Part shown: positions 9,237 through 16,164 of the stretch, piece after piece
Layout: each line of letters opens with the position of its first letter
Position numbering within the stretch: the stretch's first letter is position 1
Assembly (NCBI GenBank): GCA_964019425.1
Contig: OZ025783.1
Location: 1,736,001 to 1,760,736 of the forward strand
Length of the DNA stretch: 24,736 nucleotides
Direction: 5' to 3'
DNA from: Flectonema sp. DT1601
Taxonomy: Eukaryota
Position numbers and translations under genes: made by a program
The notes under the pieces: generated by a model
The model's database searches: none
What the model was told of the DNA's origin: nothing
What the model saw: the letters and a program-made list of their open reading frames with translations, nothing else

Positions 9237-9497
9237 GGCAGGCCAACCGGTGCCGCTACTCGGACTGCTCACTCACATGGCTTTCTGCCACGCTCAGCCG
9301 ATAGCGACCACCACCTGCGGTCTACTTACCTCACTTCGTGAAAAGAATTTGTGAACTCTTATAGTTTAATTTCTCTATCCTTCCTAGTGATAGACGAACT
9401 ACTTAGTTTTATCCATAGTTTCATGTTTTACTATTACATTTCTTCTACTCTTATCTTTCCTTCCTTTCTTTCAGGCTGTACAGGAGTTATGGTTCCC
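9237..9497 (+). repeat. Split direct repeat B1 of element 1
   Basis: Starts directly after the RT stop; matches 9704-9964. Confidence 0.95.
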
Positions 9498-9534
9498 TAA
9501 CTACAGCGGGGAACCGGAACTTCGAAGTACAGCC
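9474..9534. other. B1/A2 junction hairpin, putative recombination site of element 1
   Basis: Nested inverted pairs GGCTGTAC/GTACAGCC, GGAGTT/AACTTC, GGTTCCC/GGGAACC around an 11-nt loop. The element ends map to the CCC. Confidence 0.75.
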
Positions 9535-9684
9535 GTCAGCATCATTTTCTCGCCATCGTTTGGCGCATCGATACATCCTATCAGAATATATTTCATTTTA
9601 TTTAGAGCTGTTTAACTCATGTTTAACTTTCCTTTTCTTTCAGCCGACGGGTTCGACCTATTAAACACTTAAACAAAAAGAAAA
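9498..9684 (+). repeat. Split direct repeat A2 of element 1
   Basis: Copy of 5112-5298. Confidence 0.95.
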
Positions 9685-9703
9685 CCCACCCACCGACCCC
9701 CTC

Positions 9704-9964
9704 GGCAGGCCAACCGGTGCCGCTACTCGGACTGCTCACTCACATGGCTTTCTGCCACGCTCAGCCGATAGCGACCACCACCTGCGGTCTACTTACCTCA
9801 CTTCGTGAAAAGAATTTGTGAACTCTTATAGTTTAATTTCTCTATCCTTCCTAGTGATAGACGAACTACTTAGTTTTATCCATAGTTTCATGTTTTACTA
9901 TTACATTTCTTCTACTCTTATCTTTCCTTCCTTTCTTTCAGGCTGTACAGGAGTTATGGTTCCC
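9704..9964 (+). repeat. Split direct repeat B2 of element 1
   Basis: Copy of 9237-9497, preceded by a 19-bp spacer CCCACCCACCGACCCCCTC. Confidence 0.95.
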
Positions 9965-9992
9965 CGCAAACCCGCAAACCCGCAAACCCGCA
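9963..9992 (+). repeat. (AAACCCGC)n tract 2, 3-4 units
   Basis: Direct reading. Confidence 0.95.
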
Positions 9993-10116
9993 CTAGAGAT
10001 ACCCCTTCCAGGCTCGCGTTGCTCGCACACAACTTTTTTTTTTTAAGCTTTCTGAACAAACATTATTTTTACAACCAAGTCACGTCTGTTTTTATTCCCT
10101 GGCTAGGTACCCGTCC

Positions 10117-10176
10117 AGGGTACAAATTTGAACTTAACTTTACGCTCGCGTTAAGTTAAGTCCAATTTTGTACCCT
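10117..10176. repeat. 60-bp imperfect palindrome
   Basis: AGGGTACAAATTTGAACTTAACTTTACGC-TC-GCGTTAAGTTAAGTCCAATTTTGTACCCT, 26 of 29 positions complementary. Confidence 0.9.
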
Positions 10177-11964
10177 TTCCCTTGCTACTTTCTTCTTACT
10201 AATTCTTCTGGTTGAAAAACACAAAAAATGTGCCTGGGAATTAAACCCTTACCACGGCTACCAAAGAGATTTAAGGTATCCACTCGGCTGTGCAGCCCTC
10301 GGATTTTCTTTTTTTTTTTTATTTATTTATTTGTGTGTTCTTAGCCTCTTTATGGAAATCCTTCCATTTTCCCTTCCCTCCAGTCTTAACGTAGGAGAGT
10401 CTACCAGGTGCCTACCCTGGACGCCCTTCGGGCGTGGGATTTGAACTAATTGCGTGTACGGGCGCGATGGGTTACTGCAGTGGCAGGGGGTCGAACCAGC
10501 GATCACCCAGCCCCAGGGCGAGGGTTATACTACTACCCCTGGGATATCGCAACTTTTTATTATTATTACTTTTCTGCAATTTTTATTTATAAATAAGTTT
10601 TCGAAAAGGTGGGAAGTAACGGGCTGGGAGCTTTTGGCTCCTGCCCCTATTCCTCCCGATGTAAACTTTCTTTTTTTTTTTTTTTTTTTTTTTTTTAACA
10701 GGCCCAAAGGGCGACAATGAAAGATGCTGACCAAGGAATAATATTCAAATGAATTTTCGTTTCAAAGAAACGAACAGGATTAAGGGAGAGGCAGAAAAAA
10801 AAAAAAGAAATAATATGAAGAGGAAATAATCAAACATGAAAAAAAAAAATAAAATAAAAATAAACAAACGTTATATATAAGCAATTTCTTTCGCATTTTT
10901 TCTTTCGCAATTTTCTATTTATTTATTACTTTTCTGTCCCAACGGGACGACAAATGAAAAATGTCCTCCCTTAGCTGAAAATGCACACTGCACCCTGTTT
11001 TATCAAGTCCTTTGTTTTTGTTTTTCTGAAAGATATCTGTAGTTGTTGTTATATTAATATGCTAGCACGAAAACGACGGCTAGGTTTATGATGATTGGAT
11101 ATGTGGCTTAGGATATCTGTTTGTTACATTTGGAAGTATTTTACAACAGGTTTATCGAACCTGTATCTGCAATGTGTGCGACCCTGGGATGGGAATATAG
11201 GAATTTAGTTATATTAATAAGGTTATCGTTCATTATTTCCAATGAAATAGAAATGTGGGAAGAACTATGGGATGGCGGAACGCAGCCCCCCCCCCAACCC
11301 CCCCCAAGGGGGGGGAGCCACTAATAAAGGCCAACCTCCTGAAAAAGAATCAAGAAAAAACAAAAATGCCCTCACCCAAGGTCGAACTGGACGGTTTACA
11401 GCCATTTTGGGTTTTGTAAAGAATGTGTTTATTTGTGTAGGAAAGACCCTTTACCCAAAAAGAAATGAAATCAAAGATTGCTTTTTCACAGCTTGGCACC
11501 TAAAACCCAAAACTCATTAAGAAGGAAAAAATTATTTCAAAAAGAAAATTTTTGCTAACTAAATTGGCAGCCATACACCTAAATTTCAAAACCATACCAC
11601 TTACTAACAAAATTTCTTTCTCATCACTTTTTATATTTTAAGAAAATGGTTAACAGGAATTTATGAAGACTTTTAGATAGATCAACTATGTGTTCCCATC
11701 TTTTCTAGGAGATCTGTAGAAAAAAATAAATCTTTCAGAAAATATTATAAAGGAAAGATTTTTTCTGAAGAATTTTTTTTAACTACCTACTAAATTGGCA
11801 ACCATACACTTAAATTTCAAAACGATACTAAAAAAGAATTTTCATCACATTTTATACTTTAAGAAAATGGTTACCCATCTTTTTTAGACCTGCTCGGGCA
11901 CAAAAATCCAGCATTTTTCCTTAGGCAAAAATAAATCTTACTTACTTCCTACTGAAGAAAATTG

Positions 11965-12364
11965 GCAGCTTAAATTTGTTTGCAGGAAAAAAGTAAGCAG
12001 CTAAAATTTGCTTGCGGGAAGAAAATAAGCAGCCAAAATTTGCTTGCGGGAAGAAATAAGCAGCTAAAGTTTGCCTGCAAGAAAAAAATAAGCAGCTAAA
12101 ATTTGCTTGCGGGAAGAAAATAAGCAGCTAAAATTTGCTTGCGGGAAGAAAATTAGCAGCTAAGAATTTGCTTGCGGGAAGAGAATCAGCAGCTAAAATT
12201 TGCTTGCGGGAAGAAAATTAGCAGCTAAGATTTGCTTGCGGGAAGAGAATCAGCAGCTAAAATCTGCCTGCAAGAAAGAAATAAGCAGCTAAAACTTGCT
12301 TGCGGGAAGAGAATCAGCAGCTAAAATTTGCTTGCAAGAAGAAAATTAGCAGCCAAAATTTGCT
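11965..12364 (+). repeat. 32-bp minisatellite (GCAGCTAAAATTTGCTTGCGGGAAGAAAATAA), about 12-13 units
   Basis: Direct reading, with variant units. Confidence 0.93.
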
Positions 12365-12506
12365 CAGGGGTGCTACATAAGCATTGATTGCAGAAAGGTG
12401 GCAAAAATGAAAGGAATTATTTATTAAAACCCAAATTGTCTAAACCATAACAAAAAGGCAGCTTGGCACCAAAACTCTAAAACCTATTCTCCTCAGCCTT
12501 TTCAAG

Positions 12507-13180
12507 ATCGATAGGCCAAGGGATAACCATAAAAAAGGTGTAACCATGATTTCTTGGGGGTGAGTGGCACAAAAAGCAGTAAAAAAAAAAAAAAAAAAAT
12601 CCCGTGACAAAGGCAAATAACTGCAAAAGCAGCAATTCTCTTTCCGCAAACGCCCCCCTGTGGGTCATCAGGTCATTTGGTAGTGCCAACCTGCAACAGG
12701 TTAACATGCAACACTCTACCTTTCTTCCCGTAATGCGTGACACCATTCAACACTTACGTAGCACTTAGCACCAGGCCTGCTAGCAGGAAGAAACAGAAGC
12801 CTCATTCCCAGTACGGAAGTAGCTAGGCCTGGCCAGCTTACAGTGCTGCGTAAGTTTTGACTGGCAAACAACTGCAAAACTTTTTTCTCCACACAGAAAT
12901 TTGTGAAGACTTTTCAGGGTCGATAGATCGAGAGATAACCATAAAAAAAGATTTACTCATGTTTTTCTGGAGGTGAGTGGCGCAAAAAGTGGTAAAAAAA
13001 AAAAAAAAATTCCGTGACAAAGGCAAATTTCTTTCTGCAAACGCCCGCCGTGGATCACATTTGGTAGCGCCGACTTGCCACAGGTCAATATGCAACGCTA
13101 CTTTTCTTTCCGTAATGCGTGGCACCAGTCAACACTTATGTTGCACTTAGAACCAGACCTTCTTGCGGGAATGCAAAGAA
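12507..13180 (+). repeat. Diverged internal direct duplication (~12507-12800 versus ~12919-13180)
   Basis: Shared blocks GATAACCATAAAAAA, GTGAGTGGC, polyA-CCGTGACAAAGGCAAA, CCGTAATGCGTG, TCAACACTTA. Confidence 0.75.
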
Positions 13181-13286
13181 GAATTAGTGTGTAATTAGGT
13201 GAGGCCTGGCCTGGGTACCTGGCCCAGGACTTGGTGGATTTCCTCAGAACCCAAAATATCCCCAATGCTGACAATTATATAGGAGA

Positions 13287-14555
13287 AACCCGCAAACCCG
13301 CAAACCCGCAAACCCGCAAACCCGCAAACCCGCAAACCCGCAAACCCGCAAACCCGCAAACCCGCAAACCCGCAAACCCGCAAACCCGCAAACCCGCAAA
13401 CCCGCAAACCCGCAAACCCGCAAACCCGCAAACCCGCAAACCCGCAAACCCGCAAACCCGCAAACCCGCAAACCCGCAAACCCGCAAACCCGCAAACCCG
13501 CAAACCCGCAAACCCGCAAACCCGCAAACCCGCAAACCCGCAAACCCGCAAACCCGCAAACCCGCAAACCCGCAAACCCGCAAACCCGCAAACCCGCAAA
13601 CCCGCAAACCCGCAAACCCGCAAACCCGCAAACCCGCAAACCCGCAAACCCGCAAACCCGCAAACCCGCAAACCCGCAAACCCGCAAACCCGCAAACCCG
13701 CAAACCCGCAAACCCGCAAACCCGCAAACCCGCAAACCCGCAAACCCGCAAACCCGCAAACCCGCAAACCCGCAAACCCGCAAACCCGCAAACCCGCAAA
13801 CCCGCAAACCCGCAAACCCGCAAACCCGCAAACCCGCAAACCCGCAAACCCGCAAACCCGCAAACCCGCAAACCCGCAAACCCGCAAACCCGCAAACCCG
13901 CAAACCCGCAAACCCGCAAACCCGCAAACCCGCAAACCCGCAAACCCGCAAACCCGCAAACCCGCAAACCCGCAAACCCGCAAACCCGCAAACCCGCAAA
14001 CCCGCAAACCCGCAAACCCGCAAACCCGCAAACCCGCAAACCCGCAAACCCGCAAACCCGCAAACCCGCAAACCCGCAAACCCGCAAACCCGCAAACCCG
14101 CAAACCCGCAAACCCGCAAACCCGCAAACCCGCAAACCCGCAAACCCGCAAACCCGCAAACCCGCAAACCCGCAAACCCGCAAACCCGCAAACCCGCAAA
14201 CCCGCAAACCCGCAAACCCGCAAACCCGCAAACCCGCAAACCCGCAAACCCGCAAACCCGCAAACCCGCAAACCCGCAAACCCGCAAACCCGCAAACCCG
14301 CAAACCCGCAAACCCGCAAACCCGCAAACCCGCAAACCCGCAAACCCGCAAACCCGCAAACCCGCAAACCCGCAAACCCGCAAACCCGCAAACCCGCAAA
14401 CCCGCAAACCCGCAAACCCGCAAACCCGCAAACCCGCAAACCCGCAAACCCGCAAACCCGCAAACCCGCAAACCCGCAAACCCGCAAACCCGCAAACCCG
14501 CAAACCCGCAAACCCGCAAACCCGCAAACCCGCAAACCCGCAAACCCGCAAACCC
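13287..14555 (+). repeat. (AAACCCGC)n tandem array 3, about 158 units
   Basis: Direct reading; appears homogeneous. Confidence 0.98.
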
Positions 14556-14556
14556 C

Positions 14557-14874
14557 GTTACGTGGGAATCAACCATCCGTCGGCCATGTCTACCTCTCAT
14601 CGTTTATAAATACATTACCGTTTATCCAAAAGAAAGCATAAACAACTCGTACGCAATATAAAATAAAGAATAAGAAAACATCTAGAAAAACAGCACATTT
14701 TGTTTCAGACATAAGACGCAACACGTTCGAGAAAGGAGCATCAGCGATACTTACGATCGTTAATAAACATTCGATACTTACGTTTCGCTACATTTAAAGT
14801 ATCCGCGTTTCATCTTTCATTACTTCTATAGGCTCTCTTTCTCCTTTTCGTACTCCCTTAATAAATAAAGTAAT
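14557..14874 (+). repeat. Split direct repeat A1 of element 2 (318 bp)
   Basis: Matches 19005-19322 with one difference noticed (GGCTCTC versus GGCTTTC); ends immediately before ATG 14875. Confidence 0.95.
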
Positions 14875-16164
14875 ATGAGTTCAGGACAAACACCGATGGA
14901 TATAGATACTACGACGGCTGATAATAAGTTTAATTTCCACTTTCCGGAGCAACTAATGGGAGTATGGCAAGCAGAAACTTCAGAAGGGCCGATGAAAAGA
15001 GGCGTTTACAACATGTCAGATGTACGAAGAAACCTAGGCGAATGGAGTGTTCATGCTGATTCAGGTTTAGTGGATCGGGTTTTAGCAACAGCATTAAAAA
15101 GACCAGTTGAATTGCTGCCGCATGTGCAAAATATTCCGATTCAAAGAAAGCAAGTGGTTCTAGCACATCTTAATAATAAAGATCGCGACTTATTCAGAAG
15201 ACTTCTACAAGAATGCGGCGTAACGCAAGGGCTCCCAGTCACAAGGGAAGAATTTTCGACAGTTTTAAGTGAAGCCTCAATTGCACTTGGGACGACAAAT
15301 CAGAGACAAGGACAACTAGCCTCAGGTCAAGCGGTGCTCGGGCAACAGCAAGCAGTACTGAACGCGAACCAACAGCATCAAGCGCAAGCAACCGCAGCGA
15401 TTGGCAAACAAAGCGCTGAAGCTCACCAAGGGGTGAGCACATTAGCAAATGCAACAGACCAGGCGCTAAGAACGCATGGGGGAAAGCTAGATATGATAAT
15501 AGAGAGTATTAAGGCTACTAATGCCGAACAGAATCATAGAATGAATAGCCAAGATGGAAGGATCGAGCACCTTTTCAACCTTTTGGAGAATCACATGGTT
15601 CAAAGCCAACCGGTACAGCCTATTCAAGACGACGTGCAAGCTTTTAGGCAAGAGCAAGTGGAAGCTACACCTGATCCTGTCATTGCAAAGGAGAAATCTG
15701 CTGGGATATTCATGACTAAAAATATTGTAAATTCAGGTGATGTGTCCTCGTGGGTAGAAATAATTGCAGAAGGGGAGGCAACAAATCTTATCCGTGATCT
15801 CCAGCAGAGATACATGAACGGTATCGGAAGGGTAAAACCAGGTGACAAGATTCTCCATCACTATTTCGAACAGTTGTGCGACTGGATCCGTGTGGCGGAA
15901 CGGGTTACTCTATGGCAAGAAATGGATGAGATGGTGAGCCTTGGGAATCGTATCTTGACGACATTGCGTATGCAGACCGGTTGGATCGACAGAGGCCTTA
16001 AAATGGCCGATATCATTACAGAGCTGGAAGTGGATGACAACGATAGGCTCTCGAAGGCAATGCTTAATGTTGAGAAGAAGAAAAGACCGTTTACATGGAA
16101 GAAGCCGTCAAGACCGCTCTCGGGAAACGGACGTGGGGCTCAAACCCCCAGGAAGCAAAACTGA
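14875..16164 (+). CDS. Gag-like ORF1 of YR element 2 (429 aa)
   Basis: Same position, size and layout as ORF 5299-6531, with Q/A-rich helical centre and basic tail; positional call. Confidence 0.75.
   Translation: MSSGQTPMDIDTTTADNKFNFHFPEQLMGVWQAETSEGPMKRGVYNMSDVRRNLGEWSVHADSGLVDRVLATALKRPVELLPHVQNIPIQRKQVVLAHLNNKDRDLFRRLLQECGVTQGLPVTREEFSTVLSEASIALGTTNQRQGQLASGQAVLGQQQAVLNANQQHQAQATAAIGKQSAEAHQGVSTLANATDQALRTHGGKLDMIIESIKATNAEQNHRMNSQDGRIEHLFNLLENHMVQSQPVQPIQDDVQAFRQEQVEATPDPVIAKEKSAGIFMTKNIVNSGDVSSWVEIIAEGEATNLIRDLQQRYMNGIGRVKPGDKILHHYFEQLCDWIRVAERVTLWQEMDEMVSLGNRILTTLRMQTGWIDRGLKMADIITELEVDDNDRLSKAMLNVEKKKRPFTWKKPSRPLSGNGRGAQTPRKQN

Larger units (their letters stand above)
5110..9964 (+). 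mobile_element. Full-length tyrosine-recombinase retrotransposon 1 (DIRS order; VIPER/TATE-like gag-YR-RT/RH) with split direct repeats A1-B1-A2-B2
   Basis: Three uninterrupted ORFs. A1=A2 (187 bp) and B1=B2 (261 bp) by eye. Octamer flanks both sides with no target-site duplication. Confidence 0.93.
9993..13286 (-). mobile_element. Non-autonomous Helitron-like element, copy 1
   Basis: Minus strand starts TCTCCTATATAATT and ends GGGGTATCTCTAG, with subterminal GCGAGCAACGCGAGC. Removal restores a perfect octamer array (no TSD). No credible ORF; a second copy has identical ends. Confidence 0.6.

Noticed and set aside
5112..9684. Ordinary LTR retrotransposon with A1/A2 as LTRs
   Set aside because: No DDE integrase, TG..CA ends or TSD; it has a tyrosine recombinase and a second repeat pair B1/B2.
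10225..10552. Functional tRNA genes
   Set aside because: Box-like motifs are present but acceptor, anticodon and T stems do not form a full cloverleaf.
11965..12364. CRISPR array
   Set aside because: The 32-bp units are contiguous with no unique spacers, there are no cas genes and the context is eukaryotic.
10454..13125. Short ORFs in the ~3 kb unit and their counterparts at 19679-22322
   Set aside because: They cross homopolymer runs, differ by frameshifts between the two copies and show no Rep or helicase motifs.
13195..14661. 430-480 aa repeat ORFs on both strands
   Set aside because: Same stop-free octamer artefact.
14744..14783. CGATACTTACG repeated twice in repeat A of element 2
   Set aside because: No counterpart seen in element 1 and too short to assign a function.
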